Positions 1-12,695 of a stretch of DNA of 41,284 bases are shown here, piece after piece; within the stretch, counting starts at the first letter, position 1, and each line of letters begins with the position of its first letter. The position numbers and the translations under genes are program-made. The stretch spans positions 1 to 41,284 of the forward strand of contig NIVC01004587.1 in the NCBI GenBank assembly GCA_002269645.1, read 5' to 3'. The stretch is from Macrostomum lignano (lineage: Eukaryota). The notes below the pieces were generated by a model. That model was not told the origin of the DNA. It searched no databases and saw only the letters and a program-made list of their open reading frames with translations.

Positions 1-700
1 CAATTGCATCTCAGCAACTCCCCACTGAGCCATGACATCTCAGAACTCCCCACTGAGCCATGGCATCTCAGCAACTCCCCACTGAGCTAATTGACATCTC
101 AGCAACTCCCCACTGAGCCATGACATCTCAGCAACTCCCCACTGAGCCATGGCATCTCAGCAACTCCCACTGAGCCATGCATCTCAGCAACTCCCACTGA
201 GCCATGGCATCTCAGCAACTCCCCATTGAGCCAATTGGCATCTCAGCAACTCCCCACTGAGCCATGACATCTCAGCAACTCCCCACTGAGCATGGCATCT
301 CAGCAACTCCCATTGAGCAATTGGCATCTCAGCAACTCCCCACTGAGCCATGGCATCTCAGCAACTCCCCACTGAGCCATGGCATCTCAGCAACTCCCCA
401 TTGAGCCAATTGGCATCTCAGCAACCCCACTGAGCCATGACATTCTCAGCAACTCCCACTGAGCCATGGCATCTCAGCAACTCCCCACTGAGCTAATTGA
501 CATCTTCAGCAACTCCCCACTGAGCCATGACATCTCAGCAACTCCCCACTGAGCCATGACATCTCAGCAACTCCCCACTAGCATGGCATCTCAGCAACTC
601 CCACTGAGCCATGGCATCTCAGCAACTCCCCATTGAGCCAATTGGCATCTCAGCAACTCCCCCATTGAGCAATTGGCATCTCAGCAACTCCCCACTGAGC
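1..700. repeat. ~30-nt minisatellite (ctgagccatggcatctcagcaactcccca)
   Basis: About 23 copies with homopolymer-length variation; runs off the window start. Confidence 0.95.
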
Positions 701-1076
701 CTTAATAATGAGGGTTCGCTAAAAAGTATAGGCAATCCAGACAATCGCTCTTAAGTCTCCCTGGCCCGGGCCTCTAAGCCTGATAATAATCCCCAATGAG
801 TCAAAGCCCAGGCCCTCATTGTGCCACAGTCTTCTCATTCTATTTCCGGCCGGGCTCAGCCGGCTGCCTCAGAGTTCATAAAGAAGCGCCGGAGCAAAAC
901 CATCTGGAGAAGAGCTCTATGCTCTGGCTCCTCAGCTGGGGCTAGGCTATGATTAGCTGGGTTGCCGGCTGCGAAAGGGATTGAGAATAACAACAGGAAA
1001 TCATCGCTTAAGTGGATTTTCAAGAACATTAATATAACCTTTCTCTGTTATTCTGTTACGCTAAATTGACACCTTG

Positions 1077-3844
1077 TCTGACACTAAATTTACTTAGGCC
1101 ACTCTGACACTAAAATTTAATGGGCAATCTCTGACACTAAATTTACTGACGATTTCTCTGACACTAAATTTGATGATGGTTTCTCTGACACTGAATTTGG
1201 TGACGGCTTCTCTGACACTGAATTTCGGTGACGGCTTCTCTGACACTGAATTTGGTGACGGCTTCTCTGACACTGAATTTGGTGCGGCTTCTCTGACACT
1301 GAATTTGTGACGATTTCTCTGACACTAAATTTGATGACGATTTCTCCGACACTAAATTTGATGACGATTTCTCCGACACTAAATTTACTGCACGATTTCT
1401 CTGAAACTAAATTTGATGACGGTTTCTGACACTAAATTTAATGACGATTTCTCTGACACTAAATTTGATGACGGTTTCTCTGACACTAAATTTGTTGACG
1501 ATTTCTGACACTAAATTTACTGACGGTTTCTGACACTAAACTTACTGACGGTTTCTCTGACACTAAATATACTGACGGTTTCTGACACTAAATTTACTGA
1601 CGATTTTCTCTGACACTAAATTTACTGACGGTTTCTCTGACACTAAATTTGATGACGGTTTCTCTGACACTAAATTTAATGACGGTTTCTGACACTAAAT
1701 TTACTGACGATTTCTCTGACACAAAATTTACTGACGGTTTCTCTGACACAAAATTTACTGACGGTTTCTCTGACACTAAATTTACTGACGATTTCTTTGA
1801 CACTAAATTACTGATGGTTTCTCTGACACTAAATATACTGACGGTTTCTGACATAAATTTACTGACGATTTTCTCTGACACTAAATTTACTGACGGTTTC
1901 TCTGACACTAAATATACTGACGGTTTCTGACACTAAATTTACTGACGATTTTCTCTGACACTAAATTTACTGACGGTTTCTCCGACATTAAATTTACTGA
2001 CGGTTTCTGACACTAAACTTACTGACGGTTTCTCTGACACTAAATATACTGACGGTTTCTCTGACACAAAATTTACTGATGGTTTCTCTGACACTAAATT
2101 TACTGACGATTTCTCTGACACTAAATTTACTGACGATTTCTTTGACACTAAATTTAATGACGATTTCTCTGACACTAAATTTAATGACGGTTTCTCTGAC
2201 ACTAAATTTAATGACGGTTTCTCTGACACTAAATTTAATGACGGTTTCTCCGACATTAAATTTACTGATGGTTTCTCTGACACTAAATTTACTGACGGTT
2301 TCTCTGACACTAAATTTACTGACGGTTTCTCTGACACTAAATTTAATGACGGTTTCTCTGACACTAAATTTACTGACGGTTTCTCTGACACTAAATTTAC
2401 TGACGATTTTTTCTGACACTAAATTTGATGACGGTTTCTGACACAAAATTTACTGACGATTTCTCTGACACTAAATATAATGACGGTTTCTCTGACACTA
2501 AATTTAATGACGGTTTCTCTGACACTAAATTTAATGACGGTTTCTCTGACACTAAATTTAATGACGGTTTCTCTGACACTAAATTTACTGACGATTTTTT
2601 CTGACACTAAATTTGATGACGGTTTCTCTGACACTAAATTTAATGACGTTTCTGACACAAAATTTACTGACGATTTCTCTGACACTAAATTTAATGACGG
2701 TTTCTCTGACACTAAATTTAATGACGGTTTCTCTGACACTAAATTTAATGACGGTTTCTCTGACACTAAATTTAATTACGATTTCTCTGACACTAAATTT
2801 AATGACGGTTTCTCTGAAACTAAATTTAATGACGATTTCTCTGACACTAAATATAATGACGGTTTCTCTGACACTAAATTTAATGACGGTTTCTCTGACA
2901 CTAAATTTAATGACGGTTTCTCTGACACTAAATTTAATGACGGTTTCTCTGACACTAAATTTAATGACGATTTCTCTGACACTAAATTTAATGACGGTTT
3001 CTCTGACACTAAATTTAATGACGGTTTCTCTGACACTAAATTTAATGACGGTTTCTCTGACACTAAATTTAATGACGGTTTCTCTGACACTAAATTTAAT
3101 GACGATTTCTCTGACACTAAATTTAATGACGGTTTCTCTGACACTAAATTTAATGACGGTTTCTCTGACACTAAATTTAATGACGGTTTCTCTGACACTA
3201 AATTTAATGACGATTTCCCTGACACTAAATTTAATGACGGTTTCTCTGACACTAAATTTAATGACGGTTTCTCTGACACTAAATTTAATGACGGTTTCTC
3301 TGACACTAAATTTAATGACGGTTTCTCTGACACTAAATTTAATGACGATTTCTCTGACACTAAATTTAATGACGGTTTTCTCTGACACTAAATTTAATGA
3401 CGGTTTCTCTGACACTAAATTTAATGACGGTTTCTCTGACACTAAATTTAATGACGGTTTCTCTGACACTAAATTTAATGACGATTTCTCTGACACTAAA
3501 TTTAATGACGATTTCTCTGACACTAAATTTAATGACGGTTTCTCTGACACTAAATTTAATGACGGTTTCTCTGACACTAAATTTAATGACGGTTTCTCTG
3601 ACACTAAATATAATGACGGTTTCTCTGACACTAAATTTAATGACGGTTTCTCTGACACTAAATTTAATGACGGTTTCTCTGACACTAAATTTAATGACGG
3701 TTTCTCTGACACTAAATTTAATGACGGTTTCTCTGACACTAAATTTAATGACGGTTTCTCTGACACTAAATTTAATGACGGTTTCTCTGACACTAAATTT
3801 AATGACGATTTCTCTGACACTAAATTTAATGACGGTTTTTCTGA
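1077..3844. repeat. 27-nt minisatellite (ttctctgacactaaatttaatgacggt)
   Basis: About 100 copies; 9-aa periodicity in the ORF track (FSDTKFNDG). Confidence 0.97.
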
Positions 3845-4271
3845 AAGAAAGTTTGACAGAAATGGCTAAACTATGCAGACAATTATTATTTAATAATTTT
3901 ATTGATTCGATTGGAACTTTCACCTCTATTAGCTCTATGCGCTTGGCATAAAATCCCTACAAAAAGAGATAGAAAATCCTCTTTGAGGTGTAAAGAATTA
4001 GTTTTATAAGCTAAGTCGGGGGCATTAGTATCAAGGAGTAGCTGAAATGCTGACTCACATTTTTCTCTTTCAGTTCTATAGAGAGGCCAGTTTTTCCGCA
4101 ATTTGCAATTAGCCAAATTATTTTCTGACAAGAAATTGAGTCGAAAGAGATTTCCTTTCCTTTCATCATCTTTCTGAAAAGCTTTCCTGTCTTACCTGTT
4201 GAGCTGATTGGAAATAGCCGCGTCTTCTGCAATATATTTGACTATTTTAATATTTTTGCTGCCTCATGTCC

Positions 4272-4807
4272 TGTTGTTGCATTTCTAATCGTTGTTATGC
4301 GGTTTATTACCGTTGCTATATGGTTTCTTACTGTTGCTATGCGGTTTCTTACCGCTGCTATATGGTTTCTTACCGTTGTTCTATGGTTTCTTACTGTTGC
4401 TATGCGGTTTCTTATCGTTGCTATGCGGTTTCTTACTGTTGCTATACAGTTTCTTACTGTTGCTATGCGGTTTCTTACTGTTGCTATGCGGTTTCTTACC
4501 GCTGCTATATGGTTTCTTACCGTTGTTCTGTTGTTTCTTACTGTTGCTATGCGGTTTCTTACTGTTGCTATGCGGTTTCTTACCGTTGTTCTATGGTTTC
4601 TTACTGTTGCTATGCGGTTTCTTGCTGTTGCTATGCGGTTTCTTACTGTTGCTATGCGGTTTCTTACTGTTGCTATGCGGTTTCTTACTGTTGCTATGCG
4701 GTTTCTTACTGTTGCTATGCGGTTTCTTACCGTTGCTATGCGGTTTCTTACCGTTGCTATACACAATTTCTAACCGTTGCTAGACTGTTTCTAACCGTTG
4801 CTATGCG
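4272..4807. repeat. 21-nt minisatellite (ttactgttgctatgcggtttc)
   Basis: About 25 copies; 7-aa periodicity. Confidence 0.95.
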
Positions 4808-5270
4808 CTTATATCTGCTACTATGTAGTACTTAACCCCAACTATGAGTTCAAACCGAGACTATGCGGTTTTTTTTACCGTTGCAACTTATAAACTCCAA
4901 ATTCCTTCTTATCTAACGTGACTAGAATTAATTTCATTAAAAATTAATTGAGCATCTCGTTAACCTTTCTGCCTAGCCTTTGTGTCTTGTCAGCTTCGAC
5001 TAGAACGAGAACCCCGGCAGAGGGAATTGAGACTGCGCGGGAGGAAAAAGGTGAACCTATTAACCAAAATCGATCTCACGGATGTGCTCACACTGGGAAA
5101 AATTCCTGGTTCGGGATAAGGATTAGAAGGCCACCCCCGCACTTCAGAGCACCCCATTTGTCCCATCGGGCTCGAGCTCAACTCTCTACTGCCTACTCTG
5201 CTCAAATTTATTCTTAGTCCGACATTTCTTTAAAGCTGTTTTTCAAACATTGCGATACACTCCGAAGCCG

Positions 5271-5764
<494 letters not shown>

Positions 5765-5816
5765 AACCGCAAAGTTCATTTAACTACGAGGACTAAAAAG
5801 TGCAGTTTTGAATTGC

Positions 5817-6627
5817 AGGGAGGGAGAGGGAGAGAGGGAGAGAGGGGTTGACGGAGAGAGGGAGAGAGAGGGGGAGAGAGGGAGAGAGGGGAAGGGAGAG
5901 AGGGAGAGAGCTAGGGAGAGAGGGGGAGAGGGGAAGGGAGAGAGGGAGAGAGGGAGAGTGGGAGAGAGGGAGAGAGGGAGAGAGGGGAAGGGAGAGAGGG
6001 AGAGAGCTAGGGAGAGAGGGAGAGAGCTAGGGAGAGAGGGGGAGAGGGGAGAGAGGAGAGAGGGAGAGTGGGAGAGAGGAGAGAGGGAGAGAGGGAAGGA
6101 GAGAGGGAGAGAGCTAGGGAGAGAGGGAGAGAGCTAGGAGAGAGGGAGAGAAGGGAGAGAGGGAGAGAGAGGAGAGAGGGAGAGAGGGGAGAGAGAGAGG
6201 GAGAGGGAGAGAGGGAGAGAGGGAGAGAGGGAGAGAGGGAAGGGAGAGAGGAGAGAGCTAGGGAGAGAGGGGGAGAGGGGAAGGGAGAGAGGGAGAGAGG
6301 GAGAGAGGGAGAGAGGGAGAGAGCTAGGTAGAGAGGGGGAGAGGGGAAGGGAGAGAGGAGAGAGGGAGAGAGGGGAAGAGAGAGAGAGAGGGAGAGAGGA
6401 GAGAGGGAGAGAGGGGGAGAGGGAAGGGAGAGAGGGAGAGAGGGAGAGAGGGAGAGAGAGGGAAGGGAGAGAGGAGAGAGGGAGAGAGGGAGAGAGGGAG
6501 AGAGGGAGAGAGGGAGAGAGGGGAAGAGAGAGGGAGAGAGGGAGAGAGGGAGAGAGGGGAAGGGAGAGAGGGAGAGAGATAGGGAGGGAGAGGGAGAGAG
6601 AAGGGAGGGAGAGGGAGAGAGGGAGAC
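5817..6627. repeat. GA-rich polypurine tract
   Basis: Direct inspection; recurrent gagagagctagggagag motif. Confidence 0.95.
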
Positions 6628-7185
6628 CATGAAGAGAGAGTCATTAAGGCACAGAGGAACAACTAAACAGAGATGGACAGAGGGCAAAGTGTTACATAAA
6701 TTTGCGCTATAAACTCAAGCAGCCCTGCACTAAGGGGTCGCACGGTTTTAATCTAAAAAGTTTAATCTAGAAAGTCTCAGCACAACAAGCCTCAAAGAAG
6801 ATTAGGCTTCGAACACAGGGGATAAGGTGGTTCTAAGCGATGCATTTTACTTCATCAATAGGCAACCAGCAGCTTGCAGTACTGTGAGTTCTTTTATCCC
6901 TAGGGGAAATTCTTCCCTAGCTGCTCAGCAGGGAGGCGAAATGGCGAACTTCTCTGTTGCTATGCTCTCCGCCTTGGAGTTATTTTTGCAATTTTCGACC
7001 GTCCATCCGACTGATAAAACTATGATTAAAGATATGAAGTATGGATCTCCTTGGTGTGCTCTATGAATACTAAATATTTATTAATAATCTGACTAGGTCT
7101 GGGCAGGTTTGCACTCTATGGGGCTGCCAACCTACCCCAGTATCTACCCGTCAGTCTGCTCCGCTGTCTGCGAGAATCACAATTT

Positions 7186-7420
7186 ACTCAACTATCCACC
7201 ACAACTATCCACCACAACTATCCACCACATCCACCAAACCACCTACCGAACTATCTACCAAACTACCTACCGAACTATCTACCAAACTATCTACCGATCT
7301 GTCTACCAAACTACCTACCGAGCTATCTACCGAGATATCTACCGAACTATCTACCAAACTACCTACCGAGCAATCTACCGAGATATCTACCGAGCTATCT
7401 ACCCAGCTGTCAACCAAGAT
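7186..7420. repeat. Degenerate 12/24-nt repeat (atctaccgaact / atctaccaaact)
   Basis: Direct inspection. Confidence 0.8.
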
Positions 7421-7941
7421 ATTTTCCGAGTTACTTGCATCCACCGGTAACCAGACGATAACCCCATGCTCTTCTCTCGTTAGTGACTAATTACCTCTTA
7501 GCTACCAGAAATTTCTCATCTGTCTCAGTACGCAGTAAAACAACAGCTAATCCAGCTTGGCCAATTACAAAGCACTCAGAGCAGCCATCAACAATTGTGA
7601 AAGACCTCATTCTGCCAGTATAGTTGCTATAGCGAATTTAGCAACCCGCCAATTTCCTATCGCTTGACAATTCACATCTGGCTAAAGCTGCCTCCTCTCT
7701 CTGCCTCTCCCCCCTCCACTGCTCCCTCCCTCTCTCCCCAGCAAATCCCGTCGGGCAGATGAAGCTGCATCAACCCCCCATACTCCCTAGCCTCCCTTAA
7801 CTGTGAGGAGAGGATGCGGGAAGCGACGCCAGTCGACAGAGACAGAAATTCGTGTCGTTGACGAGGGTACGGTAGCTGCAGATTTAATTCTCTTTATTAG
7901 GATTTCTTTTAATAAAATAGTCATTTTTTCTGTACAAAAAC

Positions 7942-7953
7942 ATGGGACTCTAG
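7942..7953 (+). promoter_or_regulatory. Minimal upstream ORF (ATG GGA CTC TAG) in frame with the Shaw start
   Basis: aaaacATGg context; its stop lies 12 nt before the main ATG. Confidence 0.45.
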
Positions 7954-7965
7954 CTGCCAACTGAG

Positions 7966-8247
7966 ATGGCAGACGCTGACAACAGAGTTATCCTGAATGT
8001 CGGCGGCATCCGGCATGAGACCTACAAAGCGACACTGAAAAAGATCCCAGCAACCAGGCTGTCGCGGCTGACCGAGGCTTTGGCTAACTACGATCCAATA
8101 CTGAACGAATATTTTTTCGACCGACATCCCGGAGTGTTCGCCCAGATACTCAACTATTACCGCTCTGGGAAGCTGCACTACCCTACGGATGTCTGCGGCC
8201 CGCTGTTCGAAGAGGAACTCGAATTTTGGGGACTGGATAGCAACCAG
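7966..8247 (+). CDS. Shaw: Shaw/Kv3-family K+ channel, coding exon 1 (T1/BTB tetramerisation domain)
   Basis: [94 protein letters not shown] is recognisably the Shaw T1 domain. It ends CAG|GCGAGT; the ORF-track extension beyond this is a minisatellite. Confidence 0.96.
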
Positions 8248-8271
8248 GCGAGTTTTCTTTGGTTAGACAAT

Positions 8272-8788
8272 TTGGCGAATCTCACTCCCTTGTTGGCGCA
8301 TCTCACACCCAATATGGCACCTCTCACACCCAATATGGCGCCTCTCACAACTAATTTGGCGCCTCTCACACACAATATGGCGCCTCTCACACTCAATACG
8401 GCGCCTCTCACACCCAATATGGCGCTTCTCACACCCAATTTGGCGCCTCTCACGCCCAATTTGGCGCCTCTCACAACTAATGGCGCCTCTCACACCCAAT
8501 ACGGCGCCTCTCACACCCAATATACGGCGCCTCTCACACCCAATATGGCGCTTCTCACACCCAATTTGGCGCCTCTCACGCCCAATTTGGCGCCTCTCAC
8601 AACTAATTTGGCGCCTCTCACACCCAATATGGCGCCTCTCACACCCAATACGGCGCCTCTCACACCAATATGGCGCCTCTCACACCCAATATGGCGCTTC
8701 TCACACCCAATTTGGCGCCTCTCACGCCCAATTTGGCGCCTCTCACAACTAATTTGGCGCCTCTCACACCCAATTCAACGCCTCTCAT
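8272..8788. repeat. 21-nt minisatellite (ggcgcctctcacacccaatat)
   Basis: About 24 copies, starting ~25 nt after the exon 1 donor. Confidence 0.95.
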
Positions 8789-9130
8789 GCCTCGAAAAAG
8801 CCGAAGCATGTTGAGGTTATGTTGTGTTGAGGCAAAAGTGAAGTCGGTGATTTAAAGAGGCAGCAGAAAGTGGCAAACTCAAAGTCGCACAGAAACTGAA
8901 CACCCCCCATGTCTCGGTCAAGTTATAGAAAAGCCTCTTAATGACTTTAAGTCAAAGATTTTACTGATGACAACTCGAAATGGCCCTAATGAGTTTTGCT
9001 TTATTTTAGCAGTGAAATCCTATGAATTTGATCTTGCACCAGCTTTCGTGTCTTTCATCTTGATAAGAGACTCGAAAAAGATTGAGGTTAACGCTTCGCA
9101 TAACTTTGACAAGACCTACTCGGGCTGCTT

Positions 9131-9830
9131 ATAGATTAGCAATCCATTCTATAGATTAGCAATCCAGTCTATAGATTAGCAATCCATTCTATAGATTAGC
9201 AGTCCATTCTATAGATTAACAATCCAGTCTATAGATTAGCAATCCATTCTATAGATTAGCAATCCATTCTATAGATTAGCAATCCAGTCTATAGATTAGC
9301 AATCCATTCTATAGATTAACAATCCAGTCTATAGATTAGCAATCCATTCTATAGATTAGCAATCCAGTCTATGGATTAACAATCTAGTCTATAGATTAGC
9401 AATCCGTTCTATAGATTAGCAATCCATTCTATAGATTAGCAATCCATTCTATAGATTAGCAATCCAGTCTATAGATTAGCAATCCAGTCTACAGATTAGC
9501 AATCCATTCTATAGATTAGCAGTCCATTCTATAGATTAGCAATCCAGTCTACAGATTAGCAATCCAGTCTATAGATTAACAATCCAGTCTATAGATTAGC
9601 AATCCATTCTATAGATTAGCAATCCAGTCTATAGTCTATAGATTAGCAATCCAGTCTATAGATTAGCAATCCATTCTATAGATTAGCTATTCATGGTATA
9701 GATTAGCAATCCACTGCATATATTAGAAATCCATTGCATAGATTAGCAATCCATTGCATAGATTAGCAATCCAACCTTAAGATTAGCAATTCATTTGATA
9801 GATTAGCAATCCATTGTATAGATTAGCAAT
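9131..9830. repeat. 20-nt minisatellite (ctatagattagcaatccatt)
   Basis: About 34 copies, degenerating at the 3' end. Confidence 0.95.
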
Positions 9831-11471
9831 CTACTGTATTCCCGCATCGGGTAGAATACTCAATGGAGCATAGCTTTGAGTACTTTAAGACTGACTGTCA
9901 CCTTTCAATTGAACCCAGCCAGCGCAGCTTCGGCTTTTATAACGGACTGATTTTGAATGCCATATTTGACTGACACGGGTAAACAATGGCTCTGAGGAAT
10001 GCAGGAGATTGGCATGCTCCATGTCACAATGGACCTAAGCAGAAAGCAATATTTAAGAGAAAGAGAAATTTTCGTTAAGAGAAATATCGTCTCGAATAAC
10101 TGGAGGATAAATTCACAGAACAAATTTCTATATAGAATAGGAAAAGCTGCTCAAAGCACAGGAGAGTACATGAGGATTAAAAAATTTTCCGCTTTAGTTA
10201 AGGTTAGACAGAGAAAGAGACAAAGTGAGTCTCCGGGTCTGGGATGATGCTACAAGAGCACGAATGACTGCTCTCAAAAACTGATGCCGCATCCAGAATG
10301 GTTTTGGATTACTGTGCCTCCCTGTCCTAATGATGGCCGCGGATTTCACTTGTCTGTAGCTTTGAGTATGCGATGGGCCATGTAGGGTGGGGGGGAGCTA
10401 CCACCCCCTCCCCCTATGCAGGTGCATGACTTGAGACCCTTCGAACTATGCTCGAAAGGTCTCAGTTGTCATCGCCATCTCTTCGCTCTCCTCCCCTCTA
10501 CCCTCCTTCTGTCTTCCTTCCCCCCACACCGTCTTCTCCCCTCAGTCCCTCTTCCCATTTCCCTTCCTTTAGTAGTAGAACGTCTTCCACGAGACCGCAA
10601 AGCTGCAGGCCTTTCAATCCTCCCCACCTCTCTGGGGGCATGGGGGATGACACAGGCAGAGATGGCAATTGACTCCCCAGTTGCAGTACAGCTCTACACC
10701 TGCCCGTAGCTACGACGTATTAACCATTAAGAGCCCTGGGAAGTTCAAGCTGTTGTATCCTTTGCCTTTAGTTAACAGGTAAATTACAGGCGCTACGAAG
10801 TCAGTTGCGGGTATAGTGACCAGTCTGAAATTAGCAATTTTCATGCTCGCTTAGTAGAGCTTCTAAAAATATATCGCAGCTTCCTTCCCCATCAGCAGCT
10901 GTGCAGTAAAATCATTTGGTTAGAACTGGCTGACTAATTGATTGATTGATTGATTGCTTGATTGATCGCTCCGCCGCGGGGTCCGAGATGTCCATATACA
11001 TAACAGAAACTGCTAAATAGTCTAAACTTTCCTGTAAATTAGAACTTTGAAGGTCAGAAATGCTGTGCTTGATTGCAGACAGGTCAATTCACTTTTGATC
11101 CGATGAACAAAAATTGGCCCAGGTGGGGGTTGTCTTTGAGGCTGACACCCATGAGGACCAGCTCCCAAGGCACAGAAAGTGTAACCTGCCTGACGATTAG
11201 AATGTCAGGGCCGCTGTCAGGCGAGTGCCAGTCAGAGCTGGATGTTGGAAAATGTCTGTGTCCACAGATCAGCCCTCCTGCAAATGTGTATCTTTTCTAA
11301 TCCGCATGGTCTCAAATTAGTATAGAGCCTACTCAGGAAAGATTAGACCCAGCTTTACTTTTCTGTAAGAAAATAACTTCGGCTGGTACTCGTTGCCCAT
11401 AGCAACGGATCAAGATGCGAGAAAAATCAGTTTGAATTAAAAGAACGCAACATTGGCAGAGTAGAGTCCTC

Positions 11472-11475
<4 letters not shown>

Positions 11476-11557
<82 letters not shown>
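11476..11557. repeat. (CT)n microsatellite
   Basis: About 40 near-perfect units. Confidence 0.95.
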
Positions 11558-11559
<2 letters not shown>

Positions 11560-11814
11560 ATTCCTCTTCTTCGCTCTTCCACTCTCTCAGTTTGCCCAAT
11601 CTTTGCAGAACCGCGGAGCTGGCGAATTCCGCGGGTATGATTGGTTTTCTAGGAAAATTGGTATATAGGATTCAGCTACAAATTTCTGTGCTCGGTAAAT
11701 TTGCTTTGCAATCAATTTTATACTTTTGCAGATTGTAATGTCCCGTTTGAGAGGATTAGCAGTTTCTAACTTTATAATATTGGTTTTGAGCAGCTCCGGG
11801 CAGCAGCCAATAGG

Positions 11815-12115
11815 CATAGCAACTAACTGGGCCATAGAAACCAACACGCGTAGCAACAAACTCCCATAGCAACTGGTATAGCAACCAGTTGACATAGCAA
11901 TCAAATCACATAGCAACCAACTGGCATGGCAACCGAATAGCATAGCAACCAAATCACATCGCAACCAAATCGCATAGCAACCAAATCGCATCGCAACCAA
12001 ATCGCATAGCAACCAAATCGCATAGCAACTAAATCGCATCGCAACCAATTAGTATAGCAACCAACTAGCATAGCAACCAACTAGCGTAGCGACCAACTTG
12101 CATAGCAACCAACTC
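11815..12115. repeat. ~16-nt minisatellite (cgcatagcaaccaaat)
   Basis: About 18 partly degenerate copies. Confidence 0.88.
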
Positions 12116-12695
12116 GCAGTACGGTCACTTTCACTTCTTTCTCTCAACGTCCCTTCGCAGCCACTTCTGCAGTCCATTCACGCGCTAGTTGCTACCCGAA
12201 AGACTGCCACTGCCGGGCAAAAAGTGCTTAATTCCGAAACTTGAAAATCACTTCTCCCACCTCCCCTATAGCTATTCGAGTTCGATTCGGCCTTCTCTAC
12301 TCAACTATGAGGAAGCGAATCAGGATCTGGTGTATGCAGTATTTGAGCTGATATCCTTCTTGATCTCCATCCCCAGGTCAGAGTGGCGCGAAGCGAAGTG
12401 GACGGAGGGGGGCGCAGCTGAAGAAGGGGCTCAAGGCTCAGCTGGGGGGATTTTATAAGGACTCTCACGAACCCATTTCTATCCCCCCTCTCTCACTCTG
12501 GGTGGCGCGAACTTTGTTGCTATAGGGTAAGTTTTGCCCCATCTCCCAACTAGCCTTCGTCTGAGCAGCCTGAGCGCTCCATTGAATCCAGAATTAATTG
12601 ACTTTTTTTTTCAAAACTCAACTCATATGGTGCGGCTGACTGGGCCGCCCATAGGTCCGGCCTTTTATTTACGGCTATTTCAGTCTTGTATCCAG

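Noticed and set aside
1117-4835. Periodic ORFs (SEKPSLNLV, FSDTKFNDG, IATVRNR etc.)
   Set aside because: Multi-frame read-outs of the 27-nt and 21-nt arrays.
700-5220. Short unique-sequence ORFs (3886-4232, 4948-5217) and the GC-rich 700-1060 segment
   Set aside because: No recognisable protein or consistent splice signals.
8248-8814. LAPLTPN-repeat extension of the T1 ORF
   Set aside because: Intronic 21-nt array beyond the GC donor; the channel continues at 18364.
11218-11226. Second CAG|GCGAGT in intron 1 as a recursive splice site
   Set aside because: No polypyrimidine tract; one extra 9-mer match in 41 kb is plausible by chance.
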